Of a stretch of DNA of 47,315 nucleotides, positions 7,803 to 17,344 are shown one piece after another. How positions within the stretch are numbered: position 1 is the first letter of the stretch; each line of letters starts with the position of its first letter. Both the position numbers and the translations under genes were made by a program. Below the pieces are notes generated by a model. That model saw only the letters and a list, made by a program, of their open reading frames with translations, ran no database searches and had not been told where the DNA came from. Location of the stretch: contig JAZTWH010000070.1 of NCBI GenBank assembly GCA_045635765.1, positions 1 to 47,315 of the forward strand. The letters are read 5' to 3'. The stretch is from Eubacteriales bacterium (GTDB lineage: Bacteria > Bacillota > Clostridia > Oscillospirales > UBA644).

Positions 7803-8648
7803 CTATTTTTTTTGAAAGAAAGCTGCGGCTACGGCTCCGGGGCCTGCATGGGTTCCGATGATGCTTCCAATTTGGGTTTTGTGAAGTTCTTCTAAGTTTC
7901 CTTCCCACAGATGACGGCTGTCTTCTACATATTTTTTGAGAAAAACATCCGTAATTCCCGTGTAGCCGAGTAGGACGGGCTTTGAAAAATCAATTCCACC
8001 GCAATCCTGAATTTGTTTTACAAGAAGATTGTTTCCTTGCTTTGAGCCCCGGGCTTTCCCAAGCATATGGATGGATCCGTCTTTTACAGAAAGCACGGGT
8101 TTAATAGAAAGCAAGCCTCCGGCGAAGGCAGCAGCACCGGAAATTCGTCCTCCCTTTTTTAAATATTCCAGCGTGTCAAGGGTGGCGATGATAATAACCT
8201 TGTTACGCTCTTCGATAAGCTTTTCTGCAATTTCGTGGGCGGATCGACCCTCGTGTACCCACTTTAATGCAAGTTCGGCAAGAATCCCGATGCCGATGGC
8301 GACGGTTCCGGAATCTACTACGGTGATTTTTTCCGGAAAATCCTCTGCCGCAATGACTGCACTTTGATACGTCCCTGATAATTGCCGTGAGACGGTGAGA
8401 ACTACTGCCTCATCTCCTTGTTCAACAATCGATTGAAATGCCTTGTGGAAGTCATTAGGATTTGCCTGGCTTGTTTTCGGTAAAACATCGCTTTCAATCA
8501 GTTTTTCATAAAATTTTTGGCGGTCGATGGTAACTCCGTCAATAAATTCTTCTTCGTCAAATCGCAAGGTCAAAGGCACTACGGTGAATTGATCCCGAAG
8601 ATGCTCCGCGACATCGGAGGTGGAGTCAAGAATAATTTTAACACTCAT
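7803..8648 (-). CDS. DegV family fatty-acid-binding protein (FakB-like)
   Basis: DSTSD, PKTSQ, LSGTYQSA, L.YL.KGGRI, IKP, THAGPG. Confidence 0.95.
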   Translation of the reverse strand: MSVKIILDSTSDVAEHLRDQFTVVPLTLRFDEEEFIDGVTIDRQKFYEKLIESDVLPKTSQANPNDFHKAFQSIVEQGDEAVVLTVSRQLSGTYQSAVIAAEDFPEKITVVDSGTVAIGIGILAELALKWVHEGRSAHEIAEKLIEERNKVIIIATLDTLEYLKKGGRISGAAAFAGGLLSIKPVLSVKDGSIHMLGKARGSKQGNNLLVKQIQDCGGIDFSKPVLLGYTGITDVFLKKYVEDSRHLWEGNLEELHKTQIGSIIGTHAGPGAVAAAFFQKK

Positions 8649-8650
8649 AA

Positions 8651-9118
8651 TCAGAATTCCTTTCTTTGTTGCTTTTCGGTTGCTAATCCATTGGTCCCCA
8701 TGGATTGGAGATTTTTTGCAATAATGTCAATTGATCTGTAAAAAAGAGCACGCTGCTCTTCGGTCAGGCCGGATCCTGCACGATCCACCGCCAAGGAAGC
8801 ACGATCGCAAACAAATTCCGCAGCCGTTTTCCCTTTCTCTGTCAAGAGAAGTCTGGTGCGGTAGTGAGTTCCTTCTTTGCGAATTAAATTCATCTGCTCC
8901 AGTTCCGCAACAGCACGGGAGACGGCCGCCTTATTTTTTTCGCAAATTTCCGAAAGGCGTGCGGCAGTAATCCCTTCGGAGTGCTTTTGCATTGCTACAA
9001 GGTATACTGCGTAAGAGCCCTTTAGACCGTATTTTTCCATTTCTTCCGTCGTAATTCGATGCAGATTTCTTGAGATTCCCGAAATAACGGATACAAATCG
9101 CTCAAATCGATCAAGCAT
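8651..9118 (-). CDS. MarR family transcriptional regulator
   Basis: Winged HTH: ITAARLSEI..KNKAAVSRAVAELE, LTEKG; ATG 9118 after AAAGGAG. Confidence 0.85.
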   Translation of the reverse strand: MLDRFERFVSVISGISRNLHRITTEEMEKYGLKGSYAVYLVAMQKHSEGITAARLSEICEKNKAAVSRAVAELEQMNLIRKEGTHYRTRLLLTEKGKTAAEFVCDRASLAVDRAGSGLTEEQRALFYRSIDIIAKNLQSMGTNGLATEKQQRKEF

Positions 9119-9163
9119 GGTAATAACGCTCCTTTGAACAGTAAGGTTTAAAATGTCATATTT

Positions 9164-9199
9164 ATTATACTTCATAGATGTTGACTTGTCAACATCTAT
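9164..9199 (-). promoter_or_regulatory. Sigma-A promoter overlapped by a 12-2-12 palindromic operator
   Basis: TTGACA-17-TATAAT on -; ATAGATGTTGAC-TT-GTCAACATCTAT (9174-9199) covers the -35. Confidence 0.8.
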
Positions 9200-9243
9200 A
9201 TTAAAAAAATACAAAAAATTTGAAATTGATCTTTTAAACTAGG

Positions 9244-9279
9244 AAGAGAAGGCTCCTTTGTTTGAGCCTTCTCTTTTTT
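9244..9279. terminator. Terminator downstream of trmL
   Basis: AAGAGAAGGCTC/GAGCCTTCTCTT stem. Confidence 0.65.
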
Positions 9280-9312
9280 ACAAAATATTGAGTTTTTGTC
9301 CTCTTAATCGTC

Positions 9313-9807
9313 TTAATCGGGCCGTCCGGTCAGTTCCCCTCGGTCCGAAAGATCCGGATATTCCAGTTGTCGCAAAGCCTCGTAAAGGGCGATAGCAACG
9401 GAATTGGAGAGGTTGAGGCTTCGGACGAATCCACGCATTGGAATCCGAATACATCGGTCGTAATGTTCCTTCAGTAACGGTTCGGGAAGCCCGTGACTTT
9501 CTTTCCCAAACACAAAATAAATATCTTTATCCGCGGGATAACACACGTCGCTATGACATACTTGTCCTTTGGTAGAGCAGAAATAAAAATCCCCTTGATT
9601 CTTTTCTATAAAATGCTCCCAGTCCGGGTACGTGGTCACTGTCAGATATTGCCAATAATCCAGCCCGGCCCGTCGAATGCTTCTTTCGCTTAATTCAAAA
9701 CCCAAGGGCTCTATCAGATGCAAATGTGCTCCCGTTACCGCACAGGTTCTGGAAATATTCCCAGTGTTTTGCGGAATTTCAGGCTCGTAAAGAACAATGT
9801 GAATCAT
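9313..9807 (-). CDS. trmL: tRNA (cytidine/uridine-34-2'-O)-methyltransferase, SPOUT family
   Basis: PEIPQNTGNI.RTC, RRAGLDYW, FGKES.GLP, RSLNLSNS. Confidence 0.95.
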   Translation of the reverse strand: MIHIVLYEPEIPQNTGNISRTCAVTGAHLHLIEPLGFELSERSIRRAGLDYWQYLTVTTYPDWEHFIEKNQGDFYFCSTKGQVCHSDVCYPADKDIYFVFGKESHGLPEPLLKEHYDRCIRIPMRGFVRSLNLSNSVAIALYEALRQLEYPDLSDRGELTGRPD

Positions 9808-9878
9808 AACAACTCCACAACAGAGGAAGGATTAGACAAAATGTACACGAAAAACTTCCTCAAGATTATTAACTCTAC

Positions 9879-9909
9879 AAAAAAGACCAAGTCAACGACT
9901 TGGTCTTTT
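9879..9909 (-). terminator. Terminator after tRNA-Arg
   Basis: AAAAGACCAAGTC/GACTTGGTCTTTT. Confidence 0.75.
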
Positions 9910-9910
9910 G

Positions 9911-9987
9911 TGGTGCGACGCAAGGGACTCGAACCCCTGACCTACTGGTTCGTAGCCAGTCACTCTATCCAGCTGAGCTAGCATCGC
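9911..9987 (-). tRNA. tRNA-Arg(ACG)
   Basis: 77-nt cloverleaf, anticodon loop CTACGAA, CCA end; TTGATT-17-TATTAT promoter at 10004-10032. Confidence 0.97.
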
Positions 9988-10104
9988 ATTTTTCAGCCAA
10001 ATAATAATACCACATTTTACGAAGAAAATCAAGTCATTTTTGCTAAAGTTTACATTTTGTTCAAAAAAAATGTTTTTAAATTGTTCCCGAATCCATCCAG
10101 ATGC

Positions 10105-10133
10105 TTGACGGCCGGAAAGAATTATGCTATAAT
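10105..10133 (+). promoter_or_regulatory. Sigma-A promoter
   Basis: TTGACG-17-TATAAT with extended TG. Confidence 0.75.
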
Positions 10134-10194
10134 ATATATTCAGTACATGATAGATACAATGATTTTGCGGATTTTTGGAAAGGATGACTCCATA

Positions 10195-11007
10195 ATGATA
10201 ACCCTTGGAATTGACGTAGGTGGTAGCAATACGAAAATAATCGGTCTTCGGGATGGAATTCCCATGGAACCCATTCACGTTCGTGCTACCGACCCCATTA
10301 CCTCGGTGTTTGGTGCTTTGGGCAAGTATATTAGTGTGAATAATCTTACCCTGACGGATATTTCCCGGATCATGGTTACTGGAGTGGGCAGTTCCTATTT
10401 GCACGAGGATATTTACGGCATCCCCACAGAGCAAGTCGGAGAGCTCGTATCGGTAGGGAAGGGCGGTCTTTACCTTTCAAATTTGGAAAAAGCCGTCGTG
10501 ATCAGTCTCGGAACCGGGACGGCCTTCGTGAATGCTTCCAAGGATTCCGTTTCCCACATGGGAGGAACGGGGGTTGGCGGCGGTACGGTTTTGGGCCTTT
10601 CCTCGAAATTGCTGAACGTTCGCAGCTTCGACAGTATTCTCGATCTGGCCAATCAAGGGGACTTGTCCCAAGTGGATCTTACCATCGGAGATATTAGTAA
10701 ATCCGACGTGTCCAACATGTCCTCCGGAACTACGGCGTCGAATTTCGGTAAGATTTCCGATTCCACCTCAACCGCAGATATTGCAGCTGGAATTCTGAAC
10801 ATGGTATTTCAAACGGTTGGCCTTATGGCCGTATTTAATGCGAAGATTGCCAATACCAATGACGTTGTCGTGTGCGGACGTCTTGCGGAGGCTCCCCATT
10901 GCATGGAGACGTTGCAGGGGATTCACGCACTCCATGGAGTGAACTTCATCATTCCCCCCAATGCGGAATTCGCTACGGCTCTGGGGGCTGCTCTTTCTGC
11001 GAACTGA
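10195..11007 (+). CDS. Type II pantothenate kinase (CoaW-like, ASKHA fold)
   Basis: GIDVGGSNTK, TGVG, SLGTGT, GGTGVGGGT..GL, VDL.IGDI, TASNFGK, A.GA. Confidence 0.85.
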   Translation: MITLGIDVGGSNTKIIGLRDGIPMEPIHVRATDPITSVFGALGKYISVNNLTLTDISRIMVTGVGSSYLHEDIYGIPTEQVGELVSVGKGGLYLSNLEKAVVISLGTGTAFVNASKDSVSHMGGTGVGGGTVLGLSSKLLNVRSFDSILDLANQGDLSQVDLTIGDISKSDVSNMSSGTTASNFGKISDSTSTADIAAGILNMVFQTVGLMAVFNAKIANTNDVVVCGRLAEAPHCMETLQGIHALHGVNFIIPPNAEFATALGAALSAN

Positions 11008-11009
11008 TA

Positions 11010-11036
11010 ATATCCCGGAAGCGTTTTTCATAGAAT
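11010..11036 (+). promoter_or_regulatory. Putative sigma-E promoter of ylbJ
   Basis: ATA-16-CATAGAAT; ylbJ is sigma-E controlled in B. subtilis. Confidence 0.5.
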
Positions 11037-11067
11037 AGGACAGACTCGTTTGGAGGAGTTTTTGTCT

Positions 11068-12093
11068 ATGAAACGCTTTTCGGTTTATCTGTTGCTATTA
11101 TTTACCGTATCCCTGTTTATTTTGTTTCTTTGTTCTCCGGATACAGTGCAGAGAACTGCCTATGAGAGTATTCTTTTTTGCTCTGCAGCGGTCATTCCCT
11201 CCTTGTTTCCGGGGTTTGTTTTGTCTGACTTAATTATTGGGCTATCCTCGGGAAAACGCCTTGGAACGTGCCAGCTGTTTTCTTCCCTCTTCTGCCTTCC
11301 ATCGGCCTGTATTCGTTGTTGGATCATTGGTTTGCTTGCAGGATTTCCCGCCGCGGCCGGCTGTGCGACCCAAATGGTACGCTCGGGAGAAATTACAAAG
11401 AATGACGGAGAACGTTGCCTGGCATTTACCAACAATCCGGGAATAGTATTTGTAGTCTGTGCCGTAGGAAGCGGTGTTTTTGGAAGTTTTGTAATTGGGT
11501 TCTATCTTTGGGCCATTCAAACGATAGCGGCCCTTTTGGTTGGGATCTTAATGGCGAATCCCCGAAACAAGGACCTTGCTTCAAAAAATTCTTCAGCCTC
11601 CCCGGTGATGTTCCGAACCGCTTTCCCAAAGTCAGTCGTATCATCGGTGACTGCAGTTCTTAATATTTGCGGGTTTATTGTTTTTTTCCGCGTTTTGATC
11701 GCGGTATTGACGGCCACCGTTCCGCTGAATTCTTTTAAGGCCGTGTTGTCGGGATTGCTGGAAATTACTTGCGGAATGTCATTTTTTGAGGAATTTTCTC
11801 TCCCTGCGGCGATTTTTGCGTCTCTGATGCTCGGGTGGTCCGGATTTTCGGTTCATTTTCAAATCTTAAACGTCATTTCCTCCGCAGAACTCTCCGCGAA
11901 GTATTATTTCCCGGGAAAAGTTTTGCAGGCCGTATTTTCGGCCGGCATTGCCCGTCTAACGTACCCTATCTTATTTGATTTTCTTCCGTTCCCGGGGATT
12001 CTGTTGACCGCTGCGTGTATTATGCTTTTGTTTTTGTTTGTTTTTGGAATTCGGTTCCGAAAGGAGTATCTTTATGGAAAACAAGGATTATAA
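11068..12093 (+). CDS. ylbJ: Sporulation integral membrane protein YlbJ (SpoVV-like, nucleoside-recognition fold)
   Basis: VIPSLFP, GLLAGFP, AFTNNPG.F, ICGFIVFF, GLLEIT.G, GWSGFSVHFQ. Confidence 0.85.
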   Translation: MKRFSVYLLLLFTVSLFILFLCSPDTVQRTAYESILFCSAAVIPSLFPGFVLSDLIIGLSSGKRLGTCQLFSSLFCLPSACIRCWIIGLLAGFPAAAGCATQMVRSGEITKNDGERCLAFTNNPGIVFVVCAVGSGVFGSFVIGFYLWAIQTIAALLVGILMANPRNKDLASKNSSASPVMFRTAFPKSVVSSVTAVLNICGFIVFFRVLIAVLTATVPLNSFKAVLSGLLEITCGMSFFEEFSLPAAIFASLMLGWSGFSVHFQILNVISSAELSAKYYFPGKVLQAVFSAGIARLTYPILFDFLPFPGILLTAACIMLLFLFVFGIRFRKEYLYGKQGL

Positions 12094-14221
12094 ACAAGAA
12101 AAACAACGACTGGATTATGTTCTTGATTATATTGACAACTCGCTGTTTTCCGAATCCCCCAATGAAGCAAATCTCCGTCAATACATTATTGAGGAGCGAA
12201 AACGAATTTGGGACGATTACAGTAACAATCCCGATAACGTAGAGTTGATGCAAGCCAATCAAACTCTCGAAATGGATACGGAACGGTACTTCCGTATTAA
12301 GGACAAGCTACATTTTCTTGAACAAATGCGATCCTCTCCATACTTTGCAAGGATTGACTTTAGGGAAGAAGGGGAATCGGACCCGGAATCCTTTTACATT
12401 GGGTCTCTCTCTTTGATTGACAGTCGCACTTATGAGGTTCTCATCTGCGACTGGCGTGCAGACATTGCCTCGTTATTCTACGATGCAACCATCGGGCCCG
12501 CACAGTATAAATGCCAGGCCGGTGTTATCCAAGGGGATATTTCTCTTCGCCGTCAAATTAAGATTGAAGACGCAGAATTGAAGTATGTTTTTGATAACGG
12601 TATTAACATTACGGACCCCGTTTTGATGGAGGAGCTGGGACGGTCGGGCGACGCGAAATTAAAAACCGTCATCAATACCATTCAGAGGGAGCAGAATCAG
12701 GTTATCCGTGATTTAAATGCGGAAGTTCTGCTTGTCCAGGGCTCCGCCGGAAGCGGAAAAACCTCTGTCGCATTGCACCGAATTGCCTTTCTGCTGTACC
12801 GACTCCGGGATTCTTTAACTTCACAAAATATTATTATTTTTTCGCCCAGCGAGGTGTTTTCCGCATATATCGCCGACGTGCTGCCGGAATTGGGGGAAGA
12901 AAATGCCGTTCGCTCGGATTTCTATCATTTCTTTGCGGACTTGGAGTCTCCGATTCATTATTGTGACCGTTCGGAACAAATTGAGGTACTACTGAAAAGT
13001 AAGGATCCGTTTTTGCGAAAAATGATTCGGGAAAAAGGGTCAAAACAATTTGCGGAATCTTTGGCTGAATATTATCGGCTCCGTATGAATACCTTTCAGA
13101 TTCAGGAAGATATTACCTGTTTTGATGAGGTTTTGGCGACTGCGGAGGAAATCAAGGGCTGGTTTTTTGAGGACTATTCCGGTTATTCTCCTGCACAACG
13201 GGCCGGAAAAATTATTACCCGACTCCAGGATCGTGCCGAAGATCGAAAAGAAGAAATTTGTCATGCTTTCTTGGACGAAGCGACCCAACATGGAATTATT
13301 GCCTATACGGACGAAGAAAAAGCCGAGCAGTGTCGGGAAATGTGGGATTCCTGCATGGCGGAAGTTGCAGATAAAGCCACAAAACTACTTCTTTTGCCGG
13401 AAAACGGCGTATATTTAGACTTTTTAAAAGAATTTCATTCCGACTTTTACGATTATTCCGAAAAACTGTTTCGGCAAGGAATCGTGCCTTATGAAGACTT
13501 ACTTTGCCTTTCTTGGTTGAAGTTTTTGTCGGGGACGATTGCACCCATGCGGGCGGTCAAGCAGGTTGTTGTAGATGAGGCCCAGGAATATCCGGAGCTG
13601 ATTTATCTGTTGATTGCTGGAATTTTCCCCTCTGCCCGATTTACAATTCTCGGCGATATTGCTCAGCAGGTGGACTGCAAGATTCCGTCCATTTCATCCA
13701 TTGCGTCTTGTTTTCCCGAGAAGAAGAGCATTTCCAATTTTATTTTGAATAAAAGTTACCGTTCCACCCACGAAATCAACGAATTTGCCAATCGGTTCCG
13801 CAATGGAGATTCGGACGTCCGCATGATGGAGCGACATGGAAATGAACCGAAGATTCTTCCCTTTACCGATTCCGTATCGCAGATTAAAGAAACGGTTGCG
13901 GGGTATCGGGCCCGTGGACACAGGACGAACATGATTCTTTGCCGTACTCAACAGGAATGTGACGAACTGTACCAAAAACTATTGCACGAAATACCCATCG
14001 TTCGGATGCGTTCTTTTGATTCCTTTACTCCGGGAACGACTGCTATTTTGCCGATTTATCTGTCCAAAGGACTGGAGGCGGACGGTGTTATTATCGCAGG
14101 TGTTTCAGAGGATTGGTCGACGGAAGAAGATCGAAACTTGCTGTACGTTGCGGCAACCCGGGCGTTGCATGAACTGACCGTTTTCACAAAGGGATCCCAG
14201 GTTGAACTGTTGAATTTCTAA
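12074..14221 (+). CDS. helD: HelD-like RNA polymerase recycling ATPase (SF1 helicase-like)
   Basis: SPYFARIDF, YIG, DWRA, TIQ.EQN..IR, QGSAGSGKT.VALHR, VDEAQ, SYRST, KGLE.D, YVA.TRA.H.L. Confidence 0.9.
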   Translation: MENKDYKQEKQRLDYVLDYIDNSLFSESPNEANLRQYIIEERKRIWDDYSNNPDNVELMQANQTLEMDTERYFRIKDKLHFLEQMRSSPYFARIDFREEGESDPESFYIGSLSLIDSRTYEVLICDWRADIASLFYDATIGPAQYKCQAGVIQGDISLRRQIKIEDAELKYVFDNGINITDPVLMEELGRSGDAKLKTVINTIQREQNQVIRDLNAEVLLVQGSAGSGKTSVALHRIAFLLYRLRDSLTSQNIIIFSPSEVFSAYIADVLPELGEENAVRSDFYHFFADLESPIHYCDRSEQIEVLLKSKDPFLRKMIREKGSKQFAESLAEYYRLRMNTFQIQEDITCFDEVLATAEEIKGWFFEDYSGYSPAQRAGKIITRLQDRAEDRKEEICHAFLDEATQHGIIAYTDEEKAEQCREMWDSCMAEVADKATKLLLLPENGVYLDFLKEFHSDFYDYSEKLFRQGIVPYEDLLCLSWLKFLSGTIAPMRAVKQVVVDEAQEYPELIYLLIAGIFPSARFTILGDIAQQVDCKIPSISSIASCFPEKKSISNFILNKSYRSTHEINEFANRFRNGDSDVRMMERHGNEPKILPFTDSVSQIKETVAGYRARGHRTNMILCRTQQECDELYQKLLHEIPIVRMRSFDSFTPGTTAILPIYLSKGLEADGVIIAGVSEDWSTEEDRNLLYVAATRALHELTVFTKGSQVELLNF

Positions 14222-14898
14222 TCCGTTTCGCAATCGGCAAGAGCGTCCTTAAGCTTTAATAGGGCACTCTTTTCAATTCGTGATACGTAGGAACGGGAAA
14301 TCCCTAAAACGATGGCTGTTTCCCGTTGGGTTTTTGGGGGTTCGCAAAGCCCGTATCGTAAGCGAACTACCGTTTTTTCTCTGGAATCCAGGACTTTTTC
14401 GATGGCAGAAAGAAGCTTGGTGGCTCGCATATTGCGATATACGTCATCCAGGATGGTATCTTCTTGTGCAACGACGTCCATAAAAGAAAGAGCGTTTCCA
14501 TCCTTATCCGTGTCTATTTCCTCGTGAATAGAAACGTCGTTCGCACATTTCCGAAGACTTCGAAAATGCATCAGAATTTCATTTTCAATACAACGGGAAA
14601 CATAGGTAGCAAGGCGAATTTTCTTTTCACTTCGGAAACTGTCGATACCCTTGATTAAGCCTACGGTCCCGATGGAAATCAGATCGTCTTGTTCATCGGA
14701 AGATGCGTAGTACTTTTTGACAATATGAGCCACTAAACGCATATTCCGTTCAATTAGAATTTCTCGGGCTTGCCGATCACCGTTCTTCATTTTCTTTAAA
14801 TATTCCGCTTCCTTTTCCTCTGTCAGCGGCTGCTGAAAGGATCCCGCGTTGCGGATGTGCAAAACAAGATAAAAAAGATGAAATGGTAAATGAAACAT
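14218..14898 (-). CDS. sigK: RNA polymerase sporulation sigma factor pro-sigma-K, uninterrupted
   Basis: Hydrophobic pro-sequence, SF..PL, N.RLVAHIVKKY, DLISIGT.GLIK, RCIENEILMHFR, TQRE.A..LGISRSYVSRIEK. Confidence 0.93.
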   Translation of the reverse strand: MFHLPFHLFYLVLHIRNAGSFQQPLTEEKEAEYLKKMKNGDRQAREILIERNMRLVAHIVKKYYASSDEQDDLISIGTVGLIKGIDSFRSEKKIRLATYVSRCIENEILMHFRSLRKCANDVSIHEEIDTDKDGNALSFMDVVAQEDTILDDVYRNMRATKLLSAIEKVLDSREKTVVRLRYGLCEPPKTQRETAIVLGISRSYVSRIEKSALLKLKDALADCETD

Positions 14899-14929
14899 AA
14901 CAAAACCTCCCCAGCATACATTCTGAAAA

Positions 14930-14955
14930 AATATATGCAGAGGAGGGTTGTCTGT
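14930..14955 (-). promoter_or_regulatory. Sigma-E/sigma-K-type promoter of sigK
   Basis: ACAGACAACCCTCCTCTG-CATATATT on -, i.e. AC-16-CATAnnnT. Confidence 0.6.
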
Positions 14956-15032
14956 TTTCTCAATTTTATATTTTGAATGTCAAAACTCTGTGTGTAAGCC
15001 CCTTATTCATCATAACGCAAATCGTATAAAAT

Positions 15033-15062
15033 AAAAACCGTCGACCTGCGTCGACGGTTTTT
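15033..15062 (-). terminator. Terminator after tRNA-Lys
   Basis: AAAAACCGTCGAC/GTCGACGGTTTTT. Confidence 0.8.
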
Positions 15063-15137
15063 GGTGATCCACTGGGGATTCGAACCCCAGACCCCTTGAT
15101 TAAAAGTCAAGTGCTCTACCGACTGAGCTAGTGGATC
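15062..15137 (-). tRNA. tRNA-Lys(TTT)
   Basis: 76-nt cloverleaf, anticodon loop CTTTTAA, CCA end; TTGACA-17-TATAAT promoter at 15155-15183. Confidence 0.97.
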
Positions 15138-15265
15138 GCTTCAGTTACCGGAATATTATATCAAATTTTAGAATCTTTGTCAAGGCTATATGTGTAAACT
15201 TTTTGAAAACAATCTCCATTTTCCGTTGGTACTGGAAATTTTTTTTGTAAAATGAGAAAAAAGGG

Positions 15266-15294
15266 TTGAAATTAAAATATACATATGGTATAAT
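15266..15294 (+). promoter_or_regulatory. Sigma-A promoter
   Basis: TTGAAA-17-TATAAT with extended TG. Confidence 0.7.
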
Positions 15295-15327
15295 ATTGTA
15301 AGGAATATTTCTCCGAGGAGTTATGAT

Positions 15328-16314
15328 ATGAAAGATCTCAAACTTGCACGCAAGGAACTGAACGGCGTGCTGGCCTTTTTCGCTCTGTGCAAGGGCCTTT
15401 TATTCTTGTCCGGCCGATATGTCGGCCGCGTGCTGTATTTCATTTTGCGGGGTCTTTTCGGCGATGGGGCATCGCGTGTTTATATGGAGTTTGCATCATA
15501 CGGGACGACTTCCGGCTTGCTTTTGGAGATTGGAATCTTTGTTTTATGCTTGTTTGTTCCGGTTTGTCTCTATTTTTTCTTTAGCGGTAAAAAATATTCA
15601 CAGGTTGTTCCCGCGAAAAAACCCGAATTTATGCAAATATGCTTCGGAGTGGGAACTACGGTAATCATTGGGAACGTTGCCGCAACGGTAGGAAATATTA
15701 TTTTACACATTCTTTTTTCCACCCTCGGGATGGGAGATAAGTACGATGCGATGCTGCAAAATGATACTTCCTATCCGACCAATTTTTGGCTGATTCCATT
15801 GTTTTTTCTAATGCTCGCGGTACTTCCGGCATTTTTGGAAGAGATTGCAATGCGGGGAATCGGTCTTTCCGTCACAAAACGGTTCGGGATTCCCTTTGCT
15901 TTGTTTTTCAGCGGATTCTTTTTTTCTTTTTTGCACAGTTCCTGGACCCAATTGCCTTATGCATTTGTGATCGGAATCGTATTGGCCTATTTTACGATGC
16001 GGTTCAAAACCATTTGGATTGCCGTTATTTCCCATTTTATCTTCAATTTCAGCAGTGTCGTTCAGTGTATCATCCTTGAAAATGCGGACAAATACGCCGA
16101 TGCTTTATTGAATGTATATTCCATTCTGTTTACAACGCTGATGCTGGGACTTATGATTGCGGGGCTGATTATCTATGGGATAAAACGCCCCGATGTTCCG
16201 AAATCGGAATACACCGGGAAAGAAAAAATGGCAATCCTGCTCTCCAGCCCCTTCCTTTATGTTTTTTTGTTGTTGGAAGCGATTCAACTGATTTATTTGT
16301 TGACGATATATTGA
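15328..16314 (+). CDS. CPBP (CAAX/Abi) family intramembrane metalloprotease
   Basis: Multi-TM with EE...RG, F...H and H...N motifs. Confidence 0.9.
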   Translation: MKDLKLARKELNGVLAFFALCKGLLFLSGRYVGRVLYFILRGLFGDGASRVYMEFASYGTTSGLLLEIGIFVLCLFVPVCLYFFFSGKKYSQVVPAKKPEFMQICFGVGTTVIIGNVAATVGNIILHILFSTLGMGDKYDAMLQNDTSYPTNFWLIPLFFLMLAVLPAFLEEIAMRGIGLSVTKRFGIPFALFFSGFFFSFLHSSWTQLPYAFVIGIVLAYFTMRFKTIWIAVISHFIFNFSSVVQCIILENADKYADALLNVYSILFTTLMLGLMIAGLIIYGIKRPDVPKSEYTGKEKMAILLSSPFLYVFLLLEAIQLIYLLTIY

Positions 16315-16329
16315 GAAAAGAGAAAAGAT

Positions 16330-17340
16330 ATGATCTGGAATACTACGGAACAGGATCTTCGTGCCGCGGCAGAGTGCCTTCGCAGAGGAGAACTGGTTGC
16401 CATTCCTACCGAAACTGTATACGGTCTTGGGGCGAACGCCTTAGATGCGCACGCTGTAGCTTCCATTTTTCAGGCGAAGGGGAGACCCTCGGACAACCCC
16501 TTGATCGTTCACATTGCGGAATTAGACCAAATCCAGAAGTATGCCCAGCCGAACCCATGGGCCTATCAGCTGGCAGATCGGTTTTGGCCGGGACCTTTGA
16601 CCATGATTCTTCCCAAAAAGCCGATAATTCCTGACATCGTCAGTGCCGGATTGAATTCTGTGGCACTTCGGTTTCCCTCCCATCCCGTTGCCCAGAAATT
16701 GATACGCTATTCGGGATGTCCTATCGCAGCTCCTTCGGCAAACCTTTCAGGAAAACCCAGCGGAACGACGGCACAACACGTCTTAAATGATTTCCAGGAT
16801 CGAATTGCCGGGGTCGTGGACGGTGGACCTTGTGCCTGCGGATTGGAATCGACGGTCGTATCGTTGCTGGGGGATCATCCCGTTTTGCTTCGACCCGGGT
16901 TTATTACGCCGGAGCAAATTCGCGAGATTCTTCCAACTCTGACCGTGGCTCGTGCTGTGGAAGAGGAATTGAAAAAGGACGAGCAGATTCTTTCTCCCGG
17001 GTTGGCCCATAAGCATTACGCACCTTCCGCAGAAACCATTGGACTGATCGGAGATGCTGCCTCAGTTGCGGATTACATTCGAAATAGCTTACCACAGTCC
17101 CCTTTTGCGGTAATGTGTTTTGACGGTGAGGAAGGCTTTTTTGAGGCAGATATTATTTTCTCCTACGGTCGCCGGGGACATCCGGCCGAGCAAGGAGAAA
17201 GACTTTTTGACGTACTTCGTGCGATAGATGCAAAAGAGGTCGAACGCATCTATATTAACGCAGAGCACGGTGCGGGAGTTGGACTTGCGGTCTACAACCG
17301 CTTGCTTCGGTCCTGCGGATTTCAGATGATACGGGTGTGA
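16330..17340 (+). CDS. sua5: L-threonylcarbamoyladenylate synthase, Sua5 type
   Basis: PTETVYGL, KGRPSDNPLIVH, APSAN.SG, GLEST, PG...KHYAP, C-terminal NRL. Confidence 0.95.
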   Translation: MIWNTTEQDLRAAAECLRRGELVAIPTETVYGLGANALDAHAVASIFQAKGRPSDNPLIVHIAELDQIQKYAQPNPWAYQLADRFWPGPLTMILPKKPIIPDIVSAGLNSVALRFPSHPVAQKLIRYSGCPIAAPSANLSGKPSGTTAQHVLNDFQDRIAGVVDGGPCACGLESTVVSLLGDHPVLLRPGFITPEQIREILPTLTVARAVEEELKKDEQILSPGLAHKHYAPSAETIGLIGDAASVADYIRNSLPQSPFAVMCFDGEEGFFEADIIFSYGRRGHPAEQGERLFDVLRAIDAKEVERIYINAEHGAGVGLAVYNRLLRSCGFQMIRV

Positions 17341-17344
17341 GAGC

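Noticed and set aside
10177-10190. GGAAAGGATGACTC shared with the GT2 upstream region (about 32487-32500)
   Set aside because: Both copies sit at ribosome-binding sites; two copies do not define a regulatory motif.
14218-14898. skin-type element interrupting sigK
   Set aside because: The ORF is continuous through all sigma regions and no recombinase is adjacent.
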